A stretch of 64,000 bases of DNA from Corallochytrium limacisporum Hawaii. Taxonomy: Eukaryota > Protista > Pluriformea. This document shows, piece after piece, positions 11,493 to 22,661 of the stretch. The DNA lies in NCBI GenBank assembly GCA_002811645.1, contig PDIP01000045.1, forward strand, positions 147,827-211,826, read 5' to 3'. The translations under genes were made by a program, and so were the position numbers. The first letter of the stretch is position 1, and each line of letters opens with the position of its first letter. The notes beneath the pieces were generated by a model, which was not told the DNA's origin, searched no databases, and worked only from the letters and a program-made list of their open reading frames with translations.

Positions 11493-12722
11493 ATGTACCG
11501 CATGCAGAAATCCGCTGCTCTGGCTGCCACCACCGTCCGCGGTGTCCGCATGGCCAGCCGTCGCTCCACCGCCGGGTTCGGCACTTTGACCCGCGCTGCT
11601 CGCTACAACGGTGCCCGCGTCGCTACCGTTGCCGCCCGTCCCACTACTGTTGCCGGTTTCCAGGCCGTCCGCACCAAGAAGACCCTGGATTTTGGTGGCA
11701 CCTCCGAGGAGGTCATTGAGCGCAGCGACTATCCCAAGGAGAAGCTCCAGGAGATCTTTAAGGACGATACCCTTGCCATGCTCGGATACGGCCCCCAGGG
11801 CCGCGGTCAGGCTCTGAACGCCCGCGACAACGGCTTGAAGGTCATTGTTGGTGTGCGTGAGAACGGTCGCAGTTGGAAGATTGCCCTGGAGGACGGCTGG
11901 CAGCCCGGCAAGGACCTGTTTTCCGTCGAGGAGGCCGCAGACAAGGGTACCGTCATCATGAACCTTCTGTCCGACGCTGCTCAGAAGAGCGAGTGGTCCA
12001 AGATTGTCCCCTACCTCACTTCCGGCAAGACCCTGTACTTCGCCCACGGTTTCAGCGTTGTCTACAAGGAGCAGACCGGTGTTATTCCGCCCAAGGATGT
12101 TGATGTCATCCTGGCCGCCCCCAAGGGATCCGGTACCACCGTTCGCAACCTGTTCCTGCAAGGCCGGGGCATCAACGCCTCGTACGCGGTGTTCCAGGAC
12201 GTCAGCGGCAAGGCTGTCGAGCGTGCTCAGGCTATTGCCATTGCCGTAGGTGCTGGCTATGTTTATCAAACTACCTTTGAGAAGGAAGTATGGAGCGATC
12301 TGACGGGTGAGCGTGGTGTGCTCATGGGTGCTATTGAGGGTATGTTCCGTGCCCAATACGAGGTCCTCCGCGAGGCTGGCCACACCCCCTCCGAGGCCTT
12401 CAACGAGACCGTTGAAGAGGCCACCCAGTCCCTGTACCCATTGATCGGTGATAAGGGTATGGACTGGATGTACGCCAACTGCTCCACCACTGCACAGCGT
12501 GGTGCCCTGGACTGGGCTCCTAAGTTCTACGAGGCCACGAAGCCTACTTTCAAGGAACTGTACCAGGCTGTCCGCGATGGATCTGAGACTGCTCGCACCC
12601 TGGACGTGAACTCTCGTCCCGACTACCGCGAGTCTCTGGAGAAGGAGCTGGAAGAGGTCCGCAACTCCGAGATGTGGCGTGCCGGTAAGACTGTGCGCAC
12701 CTTGCGCCCTGAGAACCAGTAA
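11493..12722 (+). CDS. ILV5: Mitochondrial ketol-acid reductoisomerase (branched-chain amino acid synthesis)
   Basis: Arg/Ala-rich presequence; GYGPQG, NLLSDAAQ, APKGSG, SDLTGERGVLMG, CSTTAQRGALDW, C-terminal LRPENQ; strong C-ending codon bias. Confidence 0.97.
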   Translation: MYRMQKSAALAATTVRGVRMASRRSTAGFGTLTRAARYNGARVATVAARPTTVAGFQAVRTKKTLDFGGTSEEVIERSDYPKEKLQEIFKDDTLAMLGYGPQGRGQALNARDNGLKVIVGVRENGRSWKIALEDGWQPGKDLFSVEEAADKGTVIMNLLSDAAQKSEWSKIVPYLTSGKTLYFAHGFSVVYKEQTGVIPPKDVDVILAAPKGSGTTVRNLFLQGRGINASYAVFQDVSGKAVERAQAIAIAVGAGYVYQTTFEKEVWSDLTGERGVLMGAIEGMFRAQYEVLREAGHTPSEAFNETVEEATQSLYPLIGDKGMDWMYANCSTTAQRGALDWAPKFYEATKPTFKELYQAVRDGSETARTLDVNSRPDYRESLEKELEEVRNSEMWRAGKTVRTLRPENQ

Positions 12723-13166
12723 ACTATCTGTGTTTCTCTGCTTTCTTCGAACAGGTGTCCATTGTCTCCTTCTTCCAATGTTTCCGGGTTATGGACAATT
12801 GGCATGAACGTATGTCAGGGATTAACACTGGTAACCAAAAGTTTTTGCATTTTTTCGGGCGGAAGCTGTGGACACTGTGGGCTATGCATCCACACCACAT
12901 ACCTCGCACATACACATGGACCTCACGATTTGCAGTTTTTCTTATGTCTTCATAGCAGAAACAACCCAAACGCATGTAACGCACAGCTAGAGAGTCAAAC
13001 CAACACCCATTTCAACACATACAAAACGCATGCAACTTTTGTTTCTACATCATGGTTTATAATATACTCCTATATTACAAGTCTTACCAAAGTCTGACAC
13101 AGAGCACCAGGTCCGTACCTCACATCTTTACATTTAACTTTCGTGAGTTATCTTGACCTGCCCGCA

Positions 13167-14711
13167 TCAGTTGCTCACATGGTGGTCCATCAAGTAGTTC
13201 AGGCCACTCATCAGGCCTTCCATATCATGTAAATGAACCCGATAGATGTGCCATGGCCTTTGCAGCGACACCAAGTCCATGTGTTCAATCAACTTGCTGC
13301 AAGGGATGCATTTCTCCAAATCGTTGTAGAAGACGAGGATTGCCAGCGGTGAATCCATTGGTACTTCCTTGCTGATCGCACTCAAAATGGTGGTGCTACC
13401 GTGCCAGTAGTCCAGCGCATCATGCGGCACCTCGCCGTACAGCGCAAGCATCAAACCGTCACTCATGCTGCATAGCTGTGCGATGGCCGGTGTCACTCGC
13501 AGCTGTTCGTCCAAGTACCGTGGACGATTGGCCTTGTGAGCAGTCGCGGCCTCCATGCGTGCCTTGCGGAAGTCGCCGTAGAGTGGGAACAGATGCAATG
13601 GGCGAGCCTTGAACCGTGCATCTACACCGGAACCCATACCACTGCCGATTGATACCAAGCCCTTGACCGAAAACTCAGGACCAGCCTTCCAGAGGAATCG
13701 ACTCAGCACACTTGCTCCTGGAATGGTCAGACCTGGACCAAAGAGCATGACGCGGTGCGGCCGTCCATAGAGGCCTAGTGAAACTTTTAGGCTGCGGCAC
13801 ATCAAACGCCACGTAGACGTAGGTTCCACCTCTGGACGGTTGCTGCAGCGCCAGTAGCGATAGCGCCATATCCTGCTCTCCGCACCAGCATCACTTATGG
13901 CCGAGAATGAGCGCTTCTTTGACGATCCACCGAAGCCCGGGTGTTGATCGCGTTCCTCCTGCTGAGACTCCGTGTCTTCAGCAAGTGCTGTCGCCTCTGT
14001 TTCGGCATCGATACTTCGGGGCGACATATTGATCGCGATCCGTTTGAATGCATCATCCGGTGCCCACCTCCAGTCAACTTCATCATGAAGGTACTTGCGC
14101 TGCCATATGTCAGCGTTCTTCAGGATCAGTTGCGCCCAGAATTTGTTTGCGAGAGCAAGCTCCATGAGACTTTGGGGGTCAAGGGGTAGAAGGATCTGTT
14201 CCAATACTTCAAAGGGCAGCTTAGCCAATAGGCCATTGTCGTCATCATGCACTGTTTGACAATTGAGGGAATCAGTCACCGTGTTGGTGGTCGGGCTGCG
14301 ATACCTACGCCGCACAAAACGATGTCTATAAGTCTTCGTCGGCGAAGGCGAAGAGGGCGGTGTGGCCCAAGGGGTGGGAGTGGGCATCTCGTATATCAAT
14401 TGTCTTTGGGCTTCACTGTCTTCCCGGGGAACCCGTGTTGAGGCCCTACTGAGTGATCGTGACTCTCTGCTACCTCGTGACGTCCGGCTACCGCGGCGGT
14501 CATGTGCCTCCGCGGGGGTGATCTTGTATCCAAAGCCAAGGAACTCTACTCGAGCACTCATGCGTGGGCCCGGGATCACAATATTGCCGTGTGTACCGTT
14601 CGAACTTGTGATGGTGACAACCCGGTGACGCCTGCGACGAATGTTCGAAGCCACCCCTTGACGCCGCGGGGACGGGCTCCGATACTCGGTACCGGACATC
14701 ATTGAAAACAT
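13167..14711 (-). CDS. FBXO4: F-box only protein 4-like
   Basis: F-box LAKLPFEVLEQILLPLDPQSLMELALANKFW; substrate-domain motifs MLFGPGL, GMGSGV, PLAIL, LQRPWHI; long Arg/Ser-rich N-terminal extension. Confidence 0.8.
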   Translation of the reverse strand: MFSMMSGTEYRSPSPRRQGVASNIRRRRHRVVTITSSNGTHGNIVIPGPRMSARVEFLGFGYKITPAEAHDRRGSRTSRGSRESRSLSRASTRVPREDSEAQRQLIYEMPTPTPWATPPSSPSPTKTYRHRFVRRRYRSPTTNTVTDSLNCQTVHDDDNGLLAKLPFEVLEQILLPLDPQSLMELALANKFWAQLILKNADIWQRKYLHDEVDWRWAPDDAFKRIAINMSPRSIDAETEATALAEDTESQQEERDQHPGFGGSSKKRSFSAISDAGAESRIWRYRYWRCSNRPEVEPTSTWRLMCRSLKVSLGLYGRPHRVMLFGPGLTIPGASVLSRFLWKAGPEFSVKGLVSIGSGMGSGVDARFKARPLHLFPLYGDFRKARMEAATAHKANRPRYLDEQLRVTPAIAQLCSMSDGLMLALYGEVPHDALDYWHGSTTILSAISKEVPMDSPLAILVFYNDLEKCIPCSKLIEHMDLVSLQRPWHIYRVHLHDMEGLMSGLNYLMDHHVSN

Positions 14712-16996
14712 GGCTGCTGAATTCTGCTAATGATAAAAGGAAATGTCTATCCTTATACCGTCAGCTTCCTACCTTTTGTCCTCAAGTGTGCCTCTTCTTC
14801 ATTACATCTATTTCTCTTTATTTGCGAACCCAATTTGGAAATTGAAGATAGAACTATGTCGTATTGGCATACTGAGTTCATCACAGAGTCCTGGATACCT
14901 TTCCGACGCTGAGATCTTGACATTTGTTACCACTTTCGCAGTGCCGGACCGCTAAGATTCTAAAGAACGCTTAGGATATGAAGGCACACGAAACCTCCGA
15001 CCATTGGCAGGCACATGCACCCGTCCCTTGAAGTCACCGCTAACAACACCAACGCACAGCCCGTGTCCTCAAACAAACACTTCTTCCCAGCGATTGAACA
15101 AAGAAAAGGAACTTGAATGGAGATGGAATGTCGCACCATCATCTCATCTACACATTCACAGCCTGCAGCTCAGTAGACCACCGTCCACCGCAGAAATTGA
15201 AAGAAAAAAGGAAAAAAAGGGACAAAGGATAAAGTACGGAACCGAGAGAGAGATAGAGAGAGAGGGGAGGGGACCCGACGAGGAGAGTGCAAGCAGGCAG
15301 CGGTTGTGTGCCAACCGAGAAAAAAACTTTAGATAACCCAAAAAAAGCCATAATCGGCCTCAGAAGATGGAGGAGGGGTGGGGAGGTTTCCTTCACAAGC
15401 AACCTTCACACCAAGGACACCGCAGTTGGGGTGTGGGCAGCGCGGGGGGTTAAGGGGGGAGGAGGGGCAAGCAAAAAAAAAAAAATAAAGAAAATCTGGA
15501 ACGGCTCGAACCCTTTGGTCAATCTTTACCGACTCCCCTCCACTCCCCCTGGCCCGGGTCCGGCGGTGGGCTCGGTGTACCCACTCGTCCCGGCTGCCAA
15601 GCGGGAGCGGGGCTGACAGAGAGAAACCGAGTGCGGCACACGGCCGGGAGACCCACCACCCCAACCGCTGAGAGAGCGAGAGAGAGACACACACACACAC
15701 ACACCGAAGAAAAAAAATAGGAAGAGAAGACCAAGAAACTGGGTCGAAAAACCCTAGCAAAAACAGGCAATTTATGCACACACACACACACACGCAACGG
15801 AAACTGAGAGACGAAGAAGTACGAATCCCCCCCCCCCCTTCTCCCCAAAAACAAAACCGAGAGACCCAGAATAGACTTTTTTTTTTAAAAAAATCGAAAT
15901 TTCTTAAAAATAAAAACACTGGGAAAACCCGGAAGGCTGGGGGAGAGAGAGAGAGAGAGAAAGACGGCGGGGGTGGTGGTGTACTTTTATTGACTGCCGA
16001 AAATTTCCCTCGGTTTTGGCTGCTCGCTGTGTTTCTGGGACGGTGTCCGAAATGACCCACCACCCGTCCTACCCCGGACGGGGACAGGACCCGTCGTTGG
16101 AATCGAACCCGCAGACACGAGAGCAAGGGAAAGGGAAGAATGGCCGAATGCCGAGTGTGCGACGGCAGATACCGCCGTTTGGTACTGAAACAGTGGGATT
16201 CTGTCACCTCATGAGGGGAGGCCCGTTGCTCGCAAACCAAGGACACAGAGCACGAGAGAGAAACAGAGAGTGAGAGGTGCGAGTGTTTCTCTGTTGCCGA
16301 GGCCCTTTTTCTCTTTTCTGTTTTTGTTCGGTTGCAATTTCTCCTCCGGCTTTCATCGGAACGATGGGCATACCACGCACTAAGTGAAGGGCTTCGGGGC
16401 AACCAAGTTTGATGAATGATGATGAAAAGGGGAGGGCGGTGGGGATGATCGACGAAAATCGACGAAGTTTGCTTCCCTCTTTTTCTGTTTTGTTCGGACG
16501 GGCGGCGGAAGAGAGAGAGAGAGAGAGAGGTTTCGGGGACACGAAGAGAGAGCACAACAAAGAGTAAAGGCAAGGGGGAGGAGGACAGGAGATTGGGGCT
16601 TTAGAGGGGCGGGCCCCGGGGAGGGGGGGGAGGGGCGAAGAGAGATTATTGTACCTGACAGAACTCTGGAGCCGACCGACCATCAGACGGGACGGACAGC
16701 AAATAAAAGGGGGAAACGGAAGAGACCCGCGTTCAAAAAAAAAACCCCTCCTTCCCCCCCCCCCCGGGGGGCGGGGGAACGGCCAGTGTGGAGTACTGCT
16801 GCGTAGGCAAACGGTGGCAGGACTGGCCTTTGCGGGACTGGCGGGAGGGTAAAGAGAAACGAGAAGTCGGGAGGGAGAGGGAAACGGTTTCGCGGTGCCG
16901 CCAATTGTATCCACATCCGAAGTCACCGACTATGAATCTGAACAAACGTGGATGTGGATGAGTACGCAGTAGAATGTATTTTCTGTGTGCGAAATT

Positions 16997-18712
16997 TCAC
17001 AGGAACAACCTGACCTCTCCATCTGCGGAACCGGAGTAGAAGCCGTCATTGATCCAGGCTAACGTGTCGACGGAACCACCGTGGCGGGCAAGGGTTTGCA
17101 GACACTGCATTCGGTGAAGGTCCCAGACTTTGATAGTTCCGTCATAGGACCCGGAAATGAGGTGGTTACCGCCTGTAGCCAGTGCGTACACTGTGCCTCG
17201 ATGACCCTCGAGGGACGTCACTGGTACAAGGCCCTGCAGATTCAGCACCTGGATGACTTTCTCGTACATGCCGCAGACCAAGTAGCCATCCATGATGACC
17301 ATCGAGTACACGGATCCACCGACAATATTCACAATGCGGACGTATTCAAAGTCCCTGAGATTGAACACGGTAATACTGCGATAGCTTCCCAGGAACAAAT
17401 AATCCTCTGTTGCTACCATCACTCGAACCCAGTGTCGCAGGTCAGTAATCATCTTCTTCTGCTGCATAGTGTTAGCTTCGTAAACGATGACCGTGTGTAG
17501 AGAGCCCGCAAGGTGGTACCCTCTGTTGGCCAGAAGAGATGAAATGGGCAAATCTTCGTGCATAACTTTTTTCTCCATCTCAAATGTGGACATATTCCAC
17601 ATGATGATGGTGGTATCGAGACTGCCTGTGTAGAAGTGGGTCGCAGTGGTGGCGATGGCATTGACTGTAGCACTGTGCTCATTCAGCTCCTTCAAACACT
17701 TCTGTGTATTGATGTCCCAGATTTTGACACTGCCTGTAGACGACCCGGTGAAAAGATACCGTCCGAAGCTGGCCAATGACCAGATGGGTCCCTGGTGGGT
17801 TTCGATGGTTCCCTTGCATATGTACTTGTTCTGACCACCTGCTCCTCCGGGGGCCGAGTTTCCCATGCCCGGAGTGACGATAGACTTTGCGGCCTCCACC
17901 TCTAGTTTGGCCAAGTCCTGTCTCAGAGCACTGAGCTCCTCTTTAAAATTGGCCGTGTCAGTGCTCAGCTCAGAAACCTTTCGATCGACTTCAATGACAG
18001 TGGGCTTGAGTTTAAACTCGAGATCCGATATCCGGTTTGACAGCGACCCAATACTGACTGTGAGCATTTCGTACTGCTTCTGTTGCATCTCTGTCATTTG
18101 CGCCATCTTTGAGAAAATGACACCAAGCACTTGAGCATTACTTTGAGAGCTATTCTGACGATCGTCAACATCCTCCTTTTCACAGAGACCTCCATTCTCA
18201 CTGAGTTCTCTTGGTTCCATTCCTTGCATAAAGCACTTCATAAGGTGGTCTGTGAAACTGCGGCGTGGCACACGCTTGCTACCACACTGGGGGCACTGCG
18301 TTGGTGTGTACTCGCATTCTGTCTTGTGACTATCGAGGTCTTTCATCAACAACTCTGTCTCACATCCAAGTTCGTGATTGGGACAGTGGAGCTGAAGCTG
18401 ATCCAACTGGTCCTTGAGAGCAAGGTTTGGTAAAACCCGTGAGAAGCCGCTTTCATGTTGCGGGCATACGCCTTCCTCTCCCGCAGAGGCAACACACTGG
18501 CGGCAGAATGTATGTCCACAGTCAGTAATTACGGGTGCTACAATCAAATCGTTGCAGAGTTTGCAGAGGAACGAAGGGGCTACTTCACTAGTGCAAAGAT
18601 CCTTAAGAAGTGTCGAAATTTCCGTATTCACATCTTTTACTGTCTTTTCGACCGGATCGGTCGTTGCCGGAGAGCTGCTTCGGCTCTCCGCGTATTCTGC
18701 GTATTCAGCCAT
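16997..18712 (-). CDS. TRAF7: TRAF7-like E3 ubiquitin ligase (RING, TRAF zinc finger, coiled coil, WD40 repeats)
   Basis: CKLC..CGHTFCRQC..CP RING; CPNHELGC..H..EC finger; WD40 repeats with HQGPIWSL, HWVRVM, GSVYS, GHRGTVYALA, QCLQTLARHGGSV. Confidence 0.9.
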   Translation of the reverse strand: MAEYAEYAESRSSSPATTDPVEKTVKDVNTEISTLLKDLCTSEVAPSFLCKLCNDLIVAPVITDCGHTFCRQCVASAGEEGVCPQHESGFSRVLPNLALKDQLDQLQLHCPNHELGCETELLMKDLDSHKTECEYTPTQCPQCGSKRVPRRSFTDHLMKCFMQGMEPRELSENGGLCEKEDVDDRQNSSQSNAQVLGVIFSKMAQMTEMQQKQYEMLTVSIGSLSNRISDLEFKLKPTVIEVDRKVSELSTDTANFKEELSALRQDLAKLEVEAAKSIVTPGMGNSAPGGAGGQNKYICKGTIETHQGPIWSLASFGRYLFTGSSTGSVKIWDINTQKCLKELNEHSATVNAIATTATHFYTGSLDTTIIMWNMSTFEMEKKVMHEDLPISSLLANRGYHLAGSLHTVIVYEANTMQQKKMITDLRHWVRVMVATEDYLFLGSYRSITVFNLRDFEYVRIVNIVGGSVYSMVIMDGYLVCGMYEKVIQVLNLQGLVPVTSLEGHRGTVYALATGGNHLISGSYDGTIKVWDLHRMQCLQTLARHGGSVDTLAWINDGFYSGSADGEVRLFL

Positions 18713-18912
18713 CGACGACTATCATTTCCCTTTGCGGTTTCCAGGGCCACATATCTCAAGTCCTATGTCATACTTACGATTGTAGACTCTGTCACACGTG
18801 GACCTCTGTGATCAATGTACTTCGTCAAAAGTCTTCGTGGGTGCACACTGCCACATTCTCGACTACGCAGAACCCAAACCCACGGCCAGTCAAGTAGCCT
18901 TCCGAGCGCGCG

Positions 18913-18922
18913 CTGATTGGCT
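18913..18922 (-). promoter_or_regulatory. CCAAT box (NF-Y consensus AGCCAATCAG) in the TRAF7/choline kinase divergent region
   Basis: ctgattggct on the + strand, about 200 bp upstream of the TRAF7 ATG. Confidence 0.5.
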
Positions 18923-19501
18923 GCCAAGTGACCATCACCGGTTCTGCGGGAGGAGGGTGCTCCATCGATTCGCGGCTAGTACCGGTTGTTCGGTACTTGA
19001 TTTTTCGTCCTAGAAGAAATCAAAATTATACGGTTGATACATGATGTATCACTACTTTGATCTTCATGACAAATCCAAAATCTGTTACTGGGTCCGTTTT
19101 CGGAAGGTTTTCCTATGTTCCAACAGGGAAGCGGGTGAGGGGCTACCAGATGGGGGCCCCCGGGGGGGGGCGAAGGAGCGTGAGCGGTCTTCGAACACAA
19201 CGCCCGCGGCCGGCCTCCCCTTCTTGGCTGAGGCCCTCTTTGCCGCCACTACGTTGAGGGGGCCGCACGCTGGTCCGTTTCGGTCCCCTGTGGTGGGAAG
19301 AGATCTGGGGCGGCACGCACGGCCGGTGCGTGGGATTCGGGTTTGAGGCCCACTCAGCAGCCATGGGTATTTCAGGCAATGACCTTGACACATGGTTCGT
19401 GAAAACATACAGTTTTAGTACTCGTGACCACACTGACAAGGAAAAGAATTCCATCCAATGACATAGACACGGCGTGGACTGATCTGAGAACGATCACAAT
19501 A

Positions 19502-20527
19502 ATGGGAAAATGTACAGTAGACCACCTTGAGGAGGCATGGACATACTGCAAGCAGTATATCCCGGGATGGGCGAAACTTAAGCGAGAAGACGCCCATGTG
19601 GAACCCATCTGTGGGGGCCTATCGAACCTCTTGTTCATATGCAAGGTGCCTGGGCACCAGCCTGAGCATGGCGTCCTGGTCCGCGTCCACGGTGAAAAGA
19701 CCTCTCAAATGATTGACCGAGTTGCTGACACACTCGTCAGTGCCATCATGGGAGAACGTGGGCTTGGTCCCAAGCTTTTGGGTATGTTTGAAAAAGGTAG
19801 AATCGAGGATTTTCTCCCGTTCCGAACTCTCAAGACCCCGGACCTGAAGGACAAGCAGCTGCAGGAAGAAATTTGTGCCATGTTAGCGAAGGTTCATTCC
19901 CTGATGATTCCTTTGCCGAAAAGCCCAGTCTTTTTCCGATCTCTAGAGCGGTTCATGGCCGTGGCAAAAGATACGGACTTTGAAGACGCAGCCCTGCAGG
20001 CCAAGGTTAATGACTTGATATCAAGGTTCGATATGGTCGAAGAAATAGAATTCTTGAGGAATTACATTGGCAAAGGAGAGCACACAGTATGCTTCTGCCA
20101 CAATGATTTGCAGGAAGGCAACATTCTGGTAGACCCCGCAAACCCGGGTGATGTCCGTTTCATTGATTTTGAGTACTCTGCGTACAACTACCGGATGTTT
20201 GATTTCGCGAATCACTTCATCGAACACGCTATTGACTACAACTATCCCGAGTATCCGTACTTCAAAATCACATTGGAGAACTTCCCCACGCACGACGAAA
20301 TGCAATCCTGGTTAGAGACCTACATAGCCACACGACGCAAGCTGGGTGTAGACGAAAAGATGTCGGTGGAAGGTGAGATAGCCAAGATGCCTGCGTTCGT
20401 GGCAGCGACACATTTGTATTGGAGCGTGTGGTCTCTTAGTCAGGCGGCTGGTGAGATTGAGTTCGGGTACCTTGAGTATGCTGAAGAGCGTATGATTTTG
20501 TATCAGGAATGGAAGAAATCTCTGTGA
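19502..20527 (+). CDS. Choline/ethanolamine kinase
   Basis: GGLSN, LGPKLLG, Brenner motif FCHNDLQEGNIL, IDFEYSAYNYRMFDFANHFIE, HLYWSVWS, FGYLEYA; first ATG at 19502. Confidence 0.95.
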   Translation: MGKCTVDHLEEAWTYCKQYIPGWAKLKREDAHVEPICGGLSNLLFICKVPGHQPEHGVLVRVHGEKTSQMIDRVADTLVSAIMGERGLGPKLLGMFEKGRIEDFLPFRTLKTPDLKDKQLQEEICAMLAKVHSLMIPLPKSPVFFRSLERFMAVAKDTDFEDAALQAKVNDLISRFDMVEEIEFLRNYIGKGEHTVCFCHNDLQEGNILVDPANPGDVRFIDFEYSAYNYRMFDFANHFIEHAIDYNYPEYPYFKITLENFPTHDEMQSWLETYIATRRKLGVDEKMSVEGEIAKMPAFVAATHLYWSVWSLSQAAGEIEFGYLEYAEERMILYQEWKKSL

Positions 20528-20560
20528 TATAGTAGTTCATAAACATATCTATTACATGCC

Positions 20561-21004
20561 TTAAGCTTCGACGTTCTTGCCGGCAAAGTACGTCTTTGCA
20601 AATCGCTGAAAATCCTCCTCTGTAAAGACCGTGCCCTTCTTTTGTTTCTTTGCGCCGTCACCTTTGCCAGCCTTCTTTAGTGCAACACCCTTTTCATTCA
20701 CGTACCTCTGCAAGACCTGTTGCTGAACGTCAGATGCAACCGACTTCTGGGTCTTCCTTAAGCGCTTTACATTGTTATTATACACGGACTTGCGCCATTG
20801 CTCATTCTGACCGGCTTCGTATTTCTTTAGCTTCTGCTCCAACTCGCCCTGTCGCATTTCGCTGGCTCTAGCAATTCTTGACTTTCCAGCCTTCTTTTTT
20901 TGTCTTCTACTAAGCTTTCGTGGCTGCGTTTTACTTGATCCGAACCCCAGGGTGTCATCAGAAGCACCCAGATCTAGGCTGTGCTTCGACAGGCTCCACG
21001 ACAT
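20561..21004 (-). CDS. RPS19BP1: AROS / RPS19-binding protein 1-like
   Basis: Small basic protein; N-terminal MSWSLSKHSLDL and C-terminal KKKGTVFTEEDFQRFAKTYF match the AROS family pattern. Confidence 0.8.
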   Translation of the reverse strand: MSWSLSKHSLDLGASDDTLGFGSSKTQPRKLSRRQKKKAGKSRIARASEMRQGELEQKLKKYEAGQNEQWRKSVYNNNVKRLRKTQKSVASDVQQQVLQRYVNEKGVALKKAGKGDGAKKQKKGTVFTEEDFQRFAKTYFAGKNVEA

Positions 21005-21548
21005 GGTTTTATCTTATTTCTGTTCTGGTTGACCGCAGTCGTACACTTCACGAGGCTTTTCTTTCAAACATCTGCGTATTCACTTTTGTGTTATAGGTCC
21101 TGATAATTGAAACTACATGGATAGGCCAAGGCGATTGTGCCAATAAAATCCAGTCCACCTCGCACGTTGAAGTACCTATGGGAGACCCACCTGACCACCG
21201 CAAAAAGGGAGACTCCACTGGGCACTTATAACGCGTGGTGGGGTGGGTGCAGCAAGATTTTCGCTCCCCGGCCTCTTTGCCTTGCGCTCCCTCCGGGAAA
21301 GGAAAAGGGCGGGTCAGGCTACCACCGGTACGTAACAGAAGAAGGGCGTACCATTTGTTTTAAGGCGGTGTTCTAATGCTATTTAAGATGGCTACCAAAC
21401 ATTCATGAATTTTTGTTCACGGTGTTTGTGTGAACATAGAGCATTGAGACAGTTCGCCAAATTCGAGGACCATCGAAGAAGCAAGGCGCGAAGTTGCAGC
21501 TGGGCAACATGTGAAGAACTCAGCCAACTTGAAGAGTATCTGTACACC

Positions 21549-22250
21549 ATGCCACGTCGAGGGCAGCAGCTGGCCCCTGCCCGCGACAAACGAGACGCAG
21601 TTGGACTCATGCCAGTCAAGTACCGCAACACAAAAGATCGTACAGGAGCGAAGGAATCGTCGAATGATACGATAGCGGAACCTGGATCGGCCGATTTGCA
21701 TGAAAACGACATACGCAATAACAAGCTAAAGAATAGGAAAGTAGAAAGTGAACATCGTTCTGATGAAGGTAAACAACCACAGAATGATAGTGACGAGAAT
21801 GAGAGCAGCGGAGACGAAAGCGATGAGGATCTCCTCCAGGAGCTGGCCAAACTTCGTGAGGCGCGCGAACAAAGGACTGGAGGATCAGGGATATCAGCAG
21901 ACACTCGCGGCCCTCCTGTAGGACCAGATGGAGCTGAATCTGTCGGAGAAGCTGAAGATAGGGACACCAGCGTTACAGCAATCAACAGCAATCCTCTGCT
22001 GATGAACAGCACTTCGTCAGCATTCCGAAGAGAGCGCTCTGTTTCGGTGGCCCCATCGGTGACCAGCGTGCACACTGCTGTCTCTACAAGCTTTGGTGTG
22101 TTTGGAAGCACTCGCAAGCGCAGGCTTGGGGATGGTGTCCTGCTTCGAGCCTCCGACAGTACGGACCAGTCAAAGCGCCGAAGACAATACGGAAACGATA
22201 TGCTCAAAAGTGATGCACATAAAGAGTTCATGAGGAGGTTCATAAAGTAA
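21549..22250 (+). CDS. CWC15: Divergent Cwc15/Cwf15 spliceosomal protein
   Basis: VKYR, acidic DESDEDLLQELAKLREAR, NPLL, C-terminal NDMLKSDAHKEFMRRFIK; likely start MPRRGQQLAPAR at 21549 (ORF is open from 21405). Confidence 0.75.
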   Translation: MPRRGQQLAPARDKRDAVGLMPVKYRNTKDRTGAKESSNDTIAEPGSADLHENDIRNNKLKNRKVESEHRSDEGKQPQNDSDENESSGDESDEDLLQELAKLREAREQRTGGSGISADTRGPPVGPDGAESVGEAEDRDTSVTAINSNPLLMNSTSSAFRRERSVSVAPSVTSVHTAVSTSFGVFGSTRKRRLGDGVLLRASDSTDQSKRRRQYGNDMLKSDAHKEFMRRFIK

Positions 22251-22334
22251 CAATACGTAAATTACACTGAAATCATACTTACTATTGTGTTTATATTTAC
22301 ATTTAAATGTTTTCTAATTCAATCATCAATGCCA

Positions 22335-22661
22335 CTACGACGACTTTGGAGTTTCGTCATCAATGACATGGATCATTTCGCCCTTGCTATTGAGAAAGTA
22401 CTTTGACTGGCCTTCGTAGATGTTCTTTAGTTCTGACCGCTTCATTTCCTTAAAGACGATGGGCTTGAGCTCAATATGTTCCTGTACCTTTCGGAGCACA
22501 CCGTTGATTCCGGGAGTGTTCATGTGGATCACCGTCTGCAGGCGCTTTGTGAATCCCAGCGACTTTAGTGCGTCCTTCACGTCCTGGGATCTACGGGCAG
22601 GACCTTTAACCATGGTCACAGCCCACAATTTCTGAACCGGAGGCCGTACAAAGCTTGTCAT
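22335..22661 (-). CDS. MRPL30: Mitochondrial ribosomal protein uL30m
   Basis: KDALKSLGFTKRLQTVIHMNTPGINGVLRKVQEHIELKPI L30 fold; FLNSKGE C-terminal motif. Confidence 0.85.
   Translation of the reverse strand: MTSFVRPPVQKLWAVTMVKGPARRSQDVKDALKSLGFTKRLQTVIHMNTPGINGVLRKVQEHIELKPIVFKEMKRSELKNIYEGQSKYFLNSKGEMIHVIDDETPKSS

Noticed and set aside
11436-12383. 315-aa antisense ORF over ILV5
   Set aside because: Same codon-bias shadow effect
16099-16112. GGGTTCGATTCC on the minus strand resembling a tRNA T-loop
   Set aside because: T-stem does not pair beyond 2 bp; no D-arm, anticodon arm or acceptor stem
15329-16573. 414-aa minus-strand ORF and neighbours
   Set aside because: Translation of CT/GT microsatellites and homopolymers (SLSLS, CVCVC, FFFF) with no ATG start
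21392-22243. 283-aa antisense ORF over CWC15
   Set aside because: Ser/Leu-rich mirror of the sense gene; the + strand carries the family motifs
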